A DNA stretch of 63,693 bases, counting the filler, from Octopus bimaculoides (taxonomy: Eukaryota), in the NCBI RefSeq assembly GCF_001194135.2. It is 5 parts of 5 records of this genome, joined end to end, with 100 filler letters (N's around TTAATTAATTAA, not from the genome) between each part and the next. Parts side by side here need not be neighbours in the genome. Positions count along the whole stretch, not along the records: positions 1 to 7,777 come from NC_068984.1; positions 7,878 to 30,796 come from NC_068981.1; 3 more parts are not named here. One strand, written 5' to 3'. Below, one piece after another: positions 1 through 12,002 of this stretch. Position numbers and translations under genes: made by a program. Every line of letters begins with the position of its first letter. Position 1 is the stretch's first letter. A model generated the notes under the pieces. The model was not told the origin of the DNA and made no database searches. It saw only the letters and a program-made list of their open reading frames with translations.

Positions 1-31
1 AAACAAGTAAAAGAGTAAAAGAGTAAAAGAG
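1..31 (+). repeat. 3' tail of a tRNA-derived SINE (aaacaag(taaaagag)n)
   Basis: aaacaagtaaaagagtaaaagagtaaaagag resembles the tails of other SINE copies in the window (e.g. 23880-23900). Confidence 0.5.
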
Positions 32-162
32 TATATATATATTTGTTGTTGTACTTGGGGGTGGTCATATTGCCAGTTTAGCCAATAAAAACACACGCTC
101 TGTATATTTGGTGTTAATTTGCTTCAGCTTTATATTACATTACATTACATTAATCATATTTC

Positions 163-207
163 GGCCAGAGTTCTTTCGTCACACTTCTGTGACCTCACCA
201 GTGGTCC
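163..207 (-). ncRNA. Minimal type I hammerhead ribozyme motif (core variant) in a Penelope-like repeat
   Basis: Minus strand reads GGACCA-CUGGUGA-G-GUCACA-GAAG-UGUGAC-GAAAG-AA-CUC/UGGCC. Helix II is a perfect 6 bp, helix III is 2 bp, and helix I is CCA/UGG plus GG/CC. The core has A6>G relative to CUGAUGA. Confidence 0.55.
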
Positions 208-267
208 TTTGTTTTCTTCTTTCCTATGTGTGTCCCACCTTGCTAACTATCAGCCATGTTATGTGGA

Positions 268-425
268 TGTAGCATGGCCGAATGGTAAAGAAAGATACCA
301 TCGAAATCAAGAAGCCTCAAGTTCGATTCCATTATGTGACATCTGGAGCAAGTCACATTTTGTTTCGTAGCCTATGCTCGGCCCATAATTTATAAGTAAA
401 ACTGACTTCACAGAGACTGTGAAGA
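268..425 (+). mobile_element. Degenerate tRNA-derived SINE head
   Basis: A-box-like tggccgaatgg and B-box-like gttcgattcc, followed by gagcaagtcac as in related SINEs. Confidence 0.5.
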
Positions 426-724
426 AGCCCACCAGACGATCAGTGATTGAAATTCAAAGCGCCAACCTTGTAATGCATTGTTTCATACCGAAATTGGTTG
501 AGAGTCTCATTAAAAGAACACGTGTTACTGAAATAGTCATCTACTGCCACGTGAATTTTAGCGAGCAGCTAATTCACCCAATGATCGCCGATGCCGGTGA
601 AAATCCATTTAACTGTGTAATAAATGTGAGTAGGCGTGTGCTTTTGTTTGTGTATTTATATATCAGAGGTGTGTATGTACATATACATACATACATACAT
701 ACATACATACATACATACATACAT

Positions 725-812
<88 letters not shown>

Positions 813-1899
813 ATATATAAAGAGAGAGAGGGGGAAATAGTTTTATATATATTATATATATACATACATACATCGACCATATTAGAGACATAGTTTCGTG
901 TATTTGTCTATGTGTACACGTTTATATGTATTTTTTTATATCTTTATTCGTTCTTTTTTTATCGATGACGAAGATAGAAAATAAATGAAAAAAAAAAAGC
1001 AAATAAATCGCCAATCCTTTTCCTGCATAAATTGACTCATATCTTATCGGCTTTCACGTAAGCGACCAGCAAAACTTCACACCACCATGGTAAACAAACA
1101 GTACCAACAATAGAAACAAGAATGACAATAATAACAGGTAAGCATTTGCCAGCAGGTACCGCTGCTGCTGCTGCTGCTGCTGGTGGTGGTGGGAGTTAAC
1201 ATGTCCTTACACGACTTCAAAGGTCACCCAGAGAGAAATAAATTTGTTACGTCTACTAACCTACTTTGTTTAGTGACTGACGTTGATTGATTTTCTTGTG
1301 CGTCTTAACAGTGTCGATTCAGCCTTGACAGAACAAGCCTGCGATACAAAAAAAAAAGAAAAGAAAAAATAAATTTTCAAGCGATGACCTGCCTTTTATT
1401 TTTAGGTACCATCAAGTTTTGGACGGAACACTTAATCTTTCGTTTTCTTTTAAAACAAACGTTAACCCTCAACTGCCGCTTGTATAGTGAACTTTGTTGT
1501 ATTTGTACAAAGTTTTCCTGTCTGAGGATAACTTTTTCCCCTCCTCCTACCAGTCACAAAGGCATTGGGAAAGGTCTGGCTCCTGCTCTTCAGACAAAGT
1601 GATCCTTCGCTTTATGTATATAAAATGGCAAGCATCAAATGAAAAGAAAATTAATGAATGTAATTGAAAGAAAATCATAATCGCTTATAAAGAGCGTTGT
1701 GAAATTAAGCAGTATAAAATTAACAGTAGAACTCGGAAGTAATCCAGCAAAGCTACACAAACAACATCGTTTCAATGTGACATGTTAGTTATGGTGAAAG
1801 TTTGAAAATAATTAAGATTCTACCCTCTAGAACGAAAGCGGGAAAGACACGCAGTGATATATATTTCATACCTTCGTTGTAAGAGTAGAGTGTTAATCT

Positions 1900-2335
1900 A
1901 TACATTTGAAACATCCTAGAAGGACATGTAACAAATTGTGGCATTGAAAGTTACGCAATGATCAGAAAGGGGTGATACTGCATAGTGCCTAAGATCCCAA
2001 CATTGCCATCAAGATACACAATCAGATACTGTAACACCTTGATTTTCAAGGGCCCACAACTCTTCAATCTCCTTTCAAAAATCTTGAGAGACCTACATGG
2101 AGTGGAAGTAAGTGTCTTCAATACAAAACTGAATGTATTCTTGTCAAGAGTTCCGAATAAGCCTACCTTACGGCAGGAAATGCAGATGAGGGAAGCAGTG
2201 TTAGTATCTCATTCGCCCAATGCCGCATATCAGAGGCGGTTTCAAGAAGTAAATGTATAGCAAAGTTAACGGCGGTGCCCCAGCATGGCCGCAGGCCTGA
2301 AGCTGAAACTAGTTAAAGTTAAGTTAAAGTTAAAG
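1900..2335 (+). mobile_element. 3' end of a non-LTR retrotransposon (CR1/L2-like ORF2 C-terminus) with (GTTAAA)n tail
   Basis: ORF 1985-2260 TIRYCNTLIFKGPQLFNLLSKILRDLHGVEVSVFNTKLNVFLSRVPNKP resembles LINE ORF2 C-termini. The 3' end ggcggtgccccagcatggccgcag is shared with the SINEs, and there is a short tandem tail at ~2312-2334. Confidence 0.7.
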
Positions 2336-2780
2336 CATTACTTTGGATAGGAGTGCCTAATTTATTCGATGAATGGCATAAATAGCTTATGGTTGTGTCG
2401 ACGCCCCCAGGCGAAGAAGTAGGATCTCCCAAGACATATAAATAGAGGTAGTCTGGCCGTGGTAGGTGTGTTGAGTAGCAGTCGAGTAGCAGTTGTGTAG
2501 CGGTTGAGTAGAGATTATCCGAACGTGCTAGATAGCAGTAGCTTGAGACATAACACTTATGTTTATATAAAATGATTCCAGAGTAAATCTTGTAAATTAA
2601 GGTGAAGAAGCGTTGCCTGAAGTTTCATTCTCAGTGTGATGTTTAGTTTTGATGGAACTACATGATCCCTATCTTATGTTCTTAGTTACCTTTGCATTGT
2701 AGGGATCACCGAAACAAAGATGTAGTTTACGTGTAATGATTCAGCGACTAATTGACTTTTTACATTGTTATCCGCCATTA

Positions 2781-3050
2781 TCTATATATATAAAACTGAG
2801 AATGTGTGTCTGTCTATCTGCTTCTCTGTCTGTCTCTGTGTGTGTCTGTATGTGTGCATCACTAAAACTCGAGAACTACCCAACCGATTTCATTCAAATT
2901 TTACACATGCCTTACTTAGGGTCCATGGAGTGTCATGGGTCAAAGAACTTTTCAACTTCTTGCTTAATCGAACCCGGACTCATTTCTTATCTCTTTCACA
3001 GTTTCGGTATTACTTGTCAAACAATAACATCTCCATTGTAATGTGGCATA
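2781..3050 (+). mobile_element. Non-autonomous Helitron-like repeat, copy 1
   Basis: Starts A|TCTATA..AAAACTGAGAATG, has an internal (TGTC)n tract, then ACTACCCAACCGATTTCATTCAAATTTTACACATGCCTTACTTAG. A near-identical block recurs at ~19893-20100. Confidence 0.5.
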
Positions 3051-3494
3051 ATAGTTTCACTATTTTATGTTTTCAATTTCAATTACATTCACTTTGTATA
3101 TATATATATTAGTAGTTTCATTTCTACTAGTTTCACTATGTATTTATATACATGTTTGNNNNNNNNNNGGTCTAACGGCCCTCCGTGTTTGTTTCCGATT
3201 GGTTTCCTTGTATGTCTCTACTGTCCTGTTTTTGTTCCCAACTTTGACCCTCCATAAATCCAAAATAAAATGTTGGATGTTATGGTAGCAATTGTCTTCG
3301 AAGACTCATATTGTCGATGAATGCTCGAAATGAGGAATAGAGAGACAGCCCACAACTGATGGAGGGTCGTTCTTTATGTTACTTGTCCTGTTTTCCATTT
3401 TCTGTTTCATTGTTTGCGCAATTAGCTCGTTTGTTTTTGTACTTCATGTTGTTTACAGGTGGTGCTGTCCCATACTAATATATGCACACACACA

Positions 3495-3565
<71 letters not shown>

Positions 3566-3705
3566 TATTTATATTATTATTTAATTGAACATCACATACC
3601 CATTTCCAATTTAGGTTATCTTAACCTTTTTGTTGTGACTCTACTTTATAATTTTTCTCCCCATCCTTCGCTCATTCCCTAATGAACTTCTATTTTATTC
3701 TACAT

Positions 3706-3800
3706 CAGTGGTTCTCAACCGGAGTCTATATGGCCCCTGGGGGTCCATATAAGATTTTAAAGGGGTCCATGCAACAAAATAGAAAATTATGGATCTACAA
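3706..3800 (+). mobile_element. hAT-type MITE left end
   Basis: Begins CAGTGGTTCTCAACC, a typical hAT/Charlie-type TIR. The matching right TIR was not found. Confidence 0.4.
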
Positions 3801-4102
3801 TAGTGTTTGAAAGGCCCTTGAATAAATTTTGTTTTAGAAGTATGTATTGGTATGTAATCTAGAAACAGCTAGGTTTCTTTTTCTAACATTTTACATAGTT
3901 CATCCTACACGAGGTAACGTGTAAAAAACAAAATAAGAAACGTTGAAGAAGTACATACATACACACAATACATACATACGTACGTACATACATACATACA
4001 TATACACAATACATACATACATACACACAATACAAACATACATACATACATACATACGTACGTACGTACGTACATACATACATACATACATACATACATA
4101 CA

Positions 4103-4902
4103 TACTGTATAAACTCGTGTAAAATTCGAATCCTTATTTAAGCAGATTTCTTTTTTTTGTTATACTGAGGAGTCGACAATTACACATGATATTTTTGAGG
4201 CGCTGGTTCAATTCAAGATGTAGCTATTGCGTTGCAACTATAGCTGAAAACTGTTTTAAGTGAATAAAGGGAAAAGTCCAAAATACAGTAATAATATCAA
4301 AAATTATCTAGTATACGCATCAAAAACCGTGTCCTTCTAATTAAATATAGCCCTGTAGCTCTTATGAATATTTACATTGCTGTTTTATTCCTATCCAATA
4401 AACTCGAGCAATTAACTTCGTTGAAGTCGCTCATCACAATACTGAATTTTAATTTCTAATTTGATAATTCAATGCAGTTTTAGGCTATGAATTTTAAAAT
4501 GAAAAAAGATAAATTACAGTGAACAAAAATGAATTTGCAAGCTTTATTTATACATACAAAACTAAAGTAGAAAATTAATAGAGCTTTAAAATCCAATTAC
4601 AAGGTAAATGTTTAACATTTCAAACACAAAAATTCATTAAAATGCTGCTATATCAGAAAGTTCATCTTCTTTTGAACTGAATAAACATTTATAATCAGCA
4701 GGTTGAATAAATGATATCATCTTAGGCATCCTCTTTATCATTATTATCTGTAATTTTAGATTGCATTTCTTCTTCTTCTTCTTCTTCTTCTTCTTCTTCT
4801 TCTTCTTCTTCTTCTTCTTCTTCTTCTTCTTCTTCTTCTTCTTCTTCTTCTTCTTCTTCTTCTTCTTCTTCTTCTTCTTCTTCTTCTTCTTCTTCTTCTT
4901 CT

Positions 4903-4936
<34 letters not shown>

Positions 4937-6050
4937 TGTTGTTGCCATTGCAGATATTCGTCTTCTGTGACAGTCAGTGCATTAGAAATCTCACATTCTA
5001 TTGAATGATTTAAATTTAATATCAGCTTTTTCTTCCTTCCATGAACTAACAATCGATTCACAGACGTGAAGTAGTAATGTAATCCATATGCTTGCTTTGT
5101 CTGTATTGTGTCATCGGAAAGTTGTGTCCTTCACAAGTCATCACCTAAGTTATCTCGAAAGGTATTGAAGCTGCCTGTCAATTGGAGACGGACATTTGCC
5201 AGTGGATAAACCATAGGGTCAGAGCCAGTCTGCTCAACTTTCCCAGAACAGAAGACTCTGAAAACCTTGTCGGTAGCTACTTTTAGAATTGATATAAGGC
5301 TTTGTTGGTGAGGATTTCATCAAGGACTTCATGCAGCATCATTTTCCACTCAGGTCAGATGTCGCTGTTTTATAGAAAGATCTGCACGCTGTTTCTTGCA
5401 GAATATTGGTTTGAAATCCAAACAACTGAAGAAAGTCACGAGAGAGATTTTACTAACAGATGGTTATGATTGTTAAGCGATCGCAGATGGAACACTCCTG
5501 TTAGCAAAGGCTAATTCAGTTTTCGCTGTTTCACTCAGGCGAAGCGTGTGACCTTAAGATACTTGAAGTCACGAAAGTGTCGAACAATTTTTGTAGTGAA
5601 CTTTCATGCTGTCTAAAACTAAAAACAAAACTGACTTACCATTGCTTGATCTGTTCAGCATATCCCATAACAATTTTTAACCAATAAGCATTTTTATCCC
5701 ATCAAATACCATCAGCGTTCAGCTCAATTTGCTTTAGATTTGTGAATGCAGATTGTGTTTAGAGCCTGCCTCACTTTAGAGAAACAAAATTATTTCACTG
5801 CAGAATTGTTCCTTTTCCGTCAGACTCAAAGTCAGTGTAGATTGGTGAGACAATCTCATAAGCATTCAGTATATTCATTTATTGCAAAGTCTTGTTACTG
5901 AGAATACTTTTGCTTACTTTTATATATTTTCCCTCGCGTCTATTTTTTGTTTCATTAAAACCTAGATGTTTTGACATTAGACACTGTCCTCAATTTGAAT
6001 TTGGACCTTTTGGTTATTGAATTCTGTCTTCTTAAGACACATTAAAGCAT
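4103..6050 (-). pseudogene. Highly degraded pogo/Tigger-like (DDE_1) transposase relic
   Basis: Minus-strand fragments such as ECEISNALTVTEDE (cf. KCGISNALDGTEDD) and SWKEEKADIKFKSF. TIR-like TACTGTATAAACTCGTGTA at 4103. Many stops and frameshifts. Confidence 0.4.
4767..4944. repeat. Compound microsatellite (TTC)n(GTC)n(GTT)n
   Basis: Directly visible. It explains the poly-F/K/R ORFs. Confidence 0.97.
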
Positions 6051-7071
6051 TTACTTACCAGTAAAGCTATGTTGAGTTATGCAAGCAACCTGTTCTGTTG
6101 TGTGATGTACTCTACCATAAATTTCGTTGATTGTGCATTTTTAGTTCTAACGTGCATTTCTTTGGTTTGCGCTAAGTTCTTTCAATGTGCATACTTTTCT
6201 TTATTTAGCAACTTCGGTTTCTATGCATTACTTTTATTTGTGAAACTGGCCTGCGATATTTGACTAACTAATTCTTTAAAAATATCACCCCAACGACTGG
6301 TTGTAAAAGTGGACTTTTCCTTTTTCTCTCTCTTTTTCTTTTTTCTTTGTGATGTAATCTTGAGACTGAAAATGTTTGCGGCTGAAGATAGCTTTAAACC
6401 ATCCTTTATATCAACAATATATACTGATGTAATGACAGTTTGTGTATAAAGCTTGAAACACGTGTACCGNNNNNNNNNNNNNNNNNNNNNNNNNNNNNNN
6501 NNNNNNNNNNNNNNNNNNNNNNNNNNNNNNNNNNNNNNNNNNNNNNNNNNNNNNNNNNNNNNNNNNNNNNNNNNNNNNNNNNNNNNNNNNNNNNNNNNNN
6601 NNNNNNNNNNNNNNNNNNNNNNNNNNNNNNNNNNNNNNNNNNNNNNNNNNNNNNNNNNNNNNNNNNNNNNNNNNNNNNNNNNNNNNNNNNNNNNNNNNNN
6701 NNNNNNNNNNNNNNNNNNNNNNNNNNNNNNNNNNNNNNNNNNNNNNNNNNNNNNNNNNNNNNNNNNNNNNNNNNNNNNNNNNNNNNNNNNNNNNNNNNNN
6801 NNNNNNNNNNNNNNNNNNNNNNNNNNNNNNNNNNNNNNNNNNNNNNNNNNNNNNNNNNNNNNNNNNNNNNNNNNNNNNNNNNNNNNNNNNNNNNNNNNNN
6901 NNNNNNNNNNNNNNNNNNNNNNNNNNNNNNNNNNNNNNNNNNNNNNNNNNNNNNNNNNNNNNNNNNNNNNNNNNNNNNNNNNNNNNNNNNNNNNNNNNNN
7001 NNNNNNNNNNNNNNNNNNNNNNNNNNNNNNNNNNNNNNNNNNNNNNNNNNNNNNNNNNNNNNNNNNNNNTA

Positions 7072-7103
<32 letters not shown>

Positions 7104-7423
7104 CTAGGTTTCTTATATACCCACTTCATTGACTCTAATACGGACATTCGGACCTCGCAAGTATATCTATGAATATATACTTATGTGTTTATATCTTTAT
7201 AAAATTTTACATCTTCAAAAATGTTATATATTTATGAATGTTTATATATTTATAAATCTTCGTATGTTTATATATGTTTATAAATTCTCATGAATTTTTA
7301 TCATGTCTCATGTATGTGAACGCATCTATGTATATTGTATATTGTGGACAATTTCGATAATTTGAAATGGACTGAATGAATATATACACCTACCTCTGAA
7401 ATTTGCTCCTCTCCTTAATTTAT

Positions 7424-7777
7424 GCTCAAAATGGTGCATCTCATGTGCCACCCGCACAAGAACCAGTCCAAGATCGTTGCCAGTGCCCCTGGACTGGTTC
7501 TTGTGCGGGTGGCACATGAGATGCACCATTTTGAGCGTGGCCGTTGCCAGTACCGCCTGACTGGCTCCTGTAGGATTTTCGAGCGAGATCGTTGCCAGTG
7601 CCCCTGGACTGGCTTGTGCGGGTGGCACATAAAAGACACCATTTCGAGCGTGGCCGTTTTCGTGCGGGTGACACGTAAAAGCACCCACTACACTCTCTGA
7701 GTGGTTGGCGTTAGGAAGGGCATCCAGCTGTAGAAACTCTGCCAAATCAGACTGGAGCCTGGTGTTGCCATCCGGTT
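7424..7777 (+). mobile_element. RTE-associated repeat 3' region with a perfect 47-bp foldback at its 5' end
   Basis: Arms 7424-7470 and 7490-7536 are exact reverse complements. The block agatcgttgccagtgcccctggactgg occurs at 7471 and 7586. The motif gggcatccagctgtagaaactctgcc recurs in diverged form at ~50075. Confidence 0.65.
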
Positions 7778-7877
7778 NNNNNNNNNNNNNNNNNNNNNNN
7801 NNNNNNNNNNNNNNNNNNNNNTTAATTAATTAANNNNNNNNNNNNNNNNNNNNNNNNNNNNNNNNNNNNNNNNNNNN
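7778..7877. other. Artificial scaffold/contig join spacer
   Basis: 44 N + TTAATTAATTAA (stops in all six frames) + 44 N. Confidence 0.95.
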
Positions 7878-8175
7878 CCTCGTTCCCGATCACCGTTTGT
7901 TATCTCCCCCTTTCTTAGCTCTCCTGAAATAAGAATTTCTAACTTCCGGTCAGTCATTGTTATGATCGGCCATTATTATGATTGACCGTTGACTGAACAC
8001 TATTCAATTTTTTTTCTCCGTTTTTTTCTCCTTGTCTCCGTATTCTTTCTGTTGAAGAGCGTAGCTCGAAACGTCAAAGACTTTCCGTATTCCCGAGCGT
8101 CATACTAATATATACTTTTGTTATTTACACCACCTGTCCTCGTCTGTTATTTTTTGTATATTCTCCCATATATAT
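7878..8175 (+). mobile_element. Penelope-like element terminal repeat, copy 1
   Basis: About 200 bp matches the reverse complement of 46440-46640, and it contains a hammerhead-like motif typical of PLE pseudo-LTRs. Confidence 0.6.
8044..8080 (+). ncRNA. Minimal type I hammerhead ribozyme motif
   Basis: UCUUU-CUGUUGA-A-GAGC-GUA-GCUC-GAAAC-GUC/AAAGA. Helix I is 5 bp (UCUUU/AAAGA), helix II is 4 bp, helix III is the palindrome ACGU, and the GUC cleavage triplet is at 8073-8075. The core has A6>U. Confidence 0.6.
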
Positions 8176-8273
8176 ATATATATACACGCATACCTACACG
8201 CATACATACACGCTCACATGCATGCATACATATATAGATACACATCCATGCATATGTTCCAGTATTTGTATGA

Positions 8274-8310
<37 letters not shown>

Positions 8311-8980
8311 ATACTCACACTTAGAAACATGGTATGATTAAACAGATGCGTACTCACATACATGCTTACATGTATACGTGCACACTTTTTCTCTACCAAG
8401 GAGGGATCAATTTTATAAAATACTAATTTATTCAATAGATTAAAGTTCTGTTTTAATTCGTTCATAATATTCTTTCGAAGTATATATGTTCGTATAGGTA
8501 TAAGAAATTTCGATATTTCTTTTATTATTATTATTTTTTTACTTCTTATTTTTGCACTACAGTAGATATAGAAAAGATGTATAAATATGTACTCTATTTT
8601 AATTGGATCCATGAAATCAATAAAATATATACCACAAGCCCAGAATTATTCTTTGTGTCTTTCGTATCTTATATCTTTGATCTTTAAGCATACACATATT
8701 AACTCTCACTGTGGATGAATGAAGGATGCCCAGGAGTTATTGTTCGTGAAATGCAAATATACAAATCGTTTCTGATTATCTCCTGCATACCCTGCAACAT
8801 AAGGTGAAGGTCATCTGAGACCCTAAAAAGTTTTGGCTAAATACTGCGTTACAAATATTCGTTCAAACGACGCTATCTATTCAAAATTAATAATATATTA
8901 GTGCTCAAGCTTCATCGCAGCCCCATGGCTATAAGAACAACGACATAGCAACATCAATAACAACAACAACACATATTCTG

Positions 8981-9373
8981 ATGCAGTATTAGGTACTGGA
9001 TCTCATGGTTTCTGATCTTAACTGATTGGAAGTGTTGTCATGTATATATTATATGATGATGTAAAAGCCATGTATTGAGAGGTATTCTTTGGGATTTGAA
9101 TAATGAACCTCTGAATGCATTGGTGTTTTGTTCATCAACCACAAATAACCCTTATTCATGGATCTTTTGAGCGGGATCGGCTACTCGATTTGAAGAGAAT
9201 TCTAACCGAAACCCTCTTGCAAGGTCATGCGTTGTATATTTTGATATGAGATCACCATGTCACGCATATTGAGTTATGATACATGTGCCTGGTGTACCCT
9301 TATCAGACGGGCAGTCTGTGCTTCATATATTTTCCTTAGTGTAAATTTGATAGGATGCACTGATCTCTTATTC
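8981..9373. mobile_element. Older, internally deleted copy of a ~550-bp element embedded in (AAT)n/(AAC)n
   Basis: Aligns by eye with 9461-10001 (atgcagta..tctcatgg.ttctgatctta..tgattggaagtgtt; acccttatcagacggg). Confidence 0.7.
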
Positions 9374-9379
9374 AATAAT

Positions 9380-9453
<74 letters not shown>

Positions 9454-9455
<2 letters not shown>

Positions 9456-10001
9456 CCCGGATGCAGTACCAGGTAGTGGCTCTCATGGCTTCTGATCTTA
9501 ATTGATTGGAAGTGTTATCATGTTCATTGTTTTGTCTTGGTATAAAAAGATGGGCTACAGAAAATATTCTGCTCAATACCACAGATTTACTTGTTGGTTG
9601 TTTGACCTTAACCAGCTGAGCATGTCCCTTGGTGGCTGACGATATGTGCATCTCTGATCCTAAGCAGAAGTAGTGGGGGAGTATCATAGCCATGTGTTGA
9701 GAAGAATTCTTTGAGGTTTGGATAATTCACCTTTGGAAACATGGGTGTTTTGCTCAACATCTTTGAACATGAAGGACCATTTGATCGGGATGGGCTACTC
9801 GACCTGAAGAAAATTCTAACTGGGCCCCACCCGCAAGATCATGCCCTGTTTATCTTGATATGATATCACTATGTCGTGCACATATGGTTGTGATGCGTAT
9901 GCATGGCGTACCCTTATCAGACGGGTAATCATGATGGATATATTGGGCTTCGTATATTTTACCCCAGTGTCACTTTGATGGCATGCACGGTTCTCTCACT
10001 C
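9454..10001. mobile_element. ~550-bp non-coding interspersed element flanked on both sides by (AAT)n
   Basis: (AAT)n at 9374-9453 and 10002-10064. It is a tandem neighbour of the diverged copy at 8981-9373. Confidence 0.7.
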
Positions 10002-10019
10002 AATAATAATAATAACAAC

Positions 10020-10065
<46 letters not shown>

Positions 10066-10755
10066 TTTTAAAAAGGATTGACGTAACTCTTCACGAAGGT
10101 AAATAGTCAAGACGAAGAGCGCGATTCGATTGTATAGATATTTTATTCGATGAACAATATTTCAACAGTACGTCTGTCTTTGTCAAATTCAAAACAAGAG
10201 GTGATTAAAAATTCAAACACGAGTTACAGAAAAGACAAATGTAATTTCAACTGTATTTGAGCATGCACCTGACAAGAAACAACAAAAGTTCATGCAAAAG
10301 TTTTACCTAGAGTGAAATAAAAAATGTCGGCTCAGCTATACCAATGAATAATATATATCCCACATCATCAGCGGCTACCCAAAAGTATCTACGAGAAACT
10401 ACCTGTGCCCTCATCCCAGGTATGTTATCGTTGCAAAAACGATTTACAATGTTATCCGCAGGAAGGGTTACTCCGACGTATACATTAAAGGCATGTCAGA
10501 ATTAGCAAGTATTCACACTTTAAAAAACAAAAGGAGTACAGGTGCAACACCTTAATAAAAATATCAATTTCGTGGAAACATCAAACTTGATATTATTCTA
10601 TGGGACAGGGAACAAAAGTCATGCTCTTTTGTAGAGTTCAGGTGCAGAGCGATGTGAATGTATATAAAAAAAAATATGATGAATTAGATGTATATTTTAA
10701 TTGTTAGAAATGTCCATATTGCTGGTTTTGTACCGTCGACTTAATTTCATCTACG

Positions 10756-10820
10756 ATGACCAGAGGTTCAGGGAAATAGCATGACCAGAGGTTCAGGGAA
10801 ATAGCATGACCAGAGGTTCC
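10756..10820. repeat. 25-bp tandem repeat x2.6
   Basis: atgaccagaggttcagggaaatagc at 10756 and 10781, partial at 10806. Confidence 0.92.
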
Positions 10821-11786
10821 GGAGAATAACATTAGCGCAAGAAAGGGAATCATACCCAAGAGAACAAAAATGATCAAATACGACATAACTCTGCACACAA
10901 TTTAAGCATTCAGATATATCAATAACTAAATACAAATCTAAAGATATTCTTTATATCATTTATCACCGGTTATTTTGAAAAAGTTTATGAATTTGAAAAT
11001 TATATAACCTTTATTTGAAGATTACATACGCTTTATTCAACGCTTCTCATATGAACGCGCCTTACTCAAATATAATATTTGGAACGTGAAAAAGAAGAAA
11101 ACAATTTGTCTAATCATACACAAGCAGAATGGTATTAAAATAAGATTTAGAAGTATAATGTTTTTTTTCTTANNNNNNNNNNNNNNNNNNNNNNNNNNNN
11201 NNNNNNNNNNNNNNNNNNNNNNNNNNNNNNNNNNNNNNNNNNNNNNNNNNNNNNNNNNNNNNNNNNNNNNNNNNNNNNNNNNNNNNNNNNNNNNNNNNNN
11301 NNNNNNNNNNNNNNNNNNNNNNNNNNNNNNNNNNNNNNNNNNNNNNNNNNNNNNNNNNNNNNNNNNNNNNNNNNNNNNNNNNNNNNNNNNNNNNNNNNNN
11401 NNNNNNNNNNNNNNNNNNNNNNNNNNNNNNNNNNNNNNNNNNNNNNNNNNNNNNNNNNNNNNNNNNNNNNNNNNNNNNNNNNNNNNNNNNNNNNNNNNNN
11501 NNNNNNNNNNNNNNNNNNNNNNNNNNNNNNNNNNNNNNNNNNNNNNNNNNNNNNNNNNNNNNNNNNNNNNNNNNNNNNNNNNNNNNNNNNNNNNNNNNNN
11601 NNNNNNNNNNNNNNNNNNNNNNNNNNNNNNNNNNNNNNNNNNNNNNNNNNNNNNNNNNNNNNNNNNNNNNNNNNNNNNNNNNNNNNNNNNNNNNNNNNNN
11701 NNNNNNNNNNNNNNNNNNNNNNNNNNNTACTTATATATATATTTCCCACAGGGGCCCCAAACATAGAGGGGACAAACAAGGATAGA

Positions 11787-11949
11787 GTCGATTATATCGA
11801 CCCCAGTACGTAACCGGTACTTATTTAATCGACTCCGAAATAGTAAAAGCTCGACCTCGGCGGAATTTGAACTCAGAATGTAACGGCAGTCGAAATACCA
11901 CTGCTAAGCATTTCGCCCTGCGTGCTAACGATTCTGCTAACTCGCCGCC
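11787..11949 (-). mobile_element. tRNA-derived SINE (family A)
   Basis: Minus strand reads ggcggcgagttagcagaatcgttagcacgcagggcgaaatgctt...gagttcaaattccgccgaggtcgag...gtactggggtcgatataatcgac, with A/B boxes. Further copies at ~36538 and ~53640. Confidence 0.8.
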
Positions 11950-11956
11950 CTGTCTG

Positions 11957-12002
<46 letters not shown>

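Noticed and set aside
268-330. tRNA gene
   Set aside because: A/B boxes only, no intact cloverleaf; interpreted as a SINE head.
419-893. Poly-YI/HT/VC ORFs here and throughout the window
   Set aside because: Translations of (TA)n, (CA)n and (TACA)n microsatellites.
10343-10405. Short ATG frame ending CCAG|GTATGT
   Set aside because: No partner exon or homology; such motifs are expected by chance.
10756-10820. 25-bp repeats (and the 27-bp repeats at 60752) as a CRISPR array
   Set aside because: Head-to-tail units with no spacers, eukaryotic context and no cas genes.
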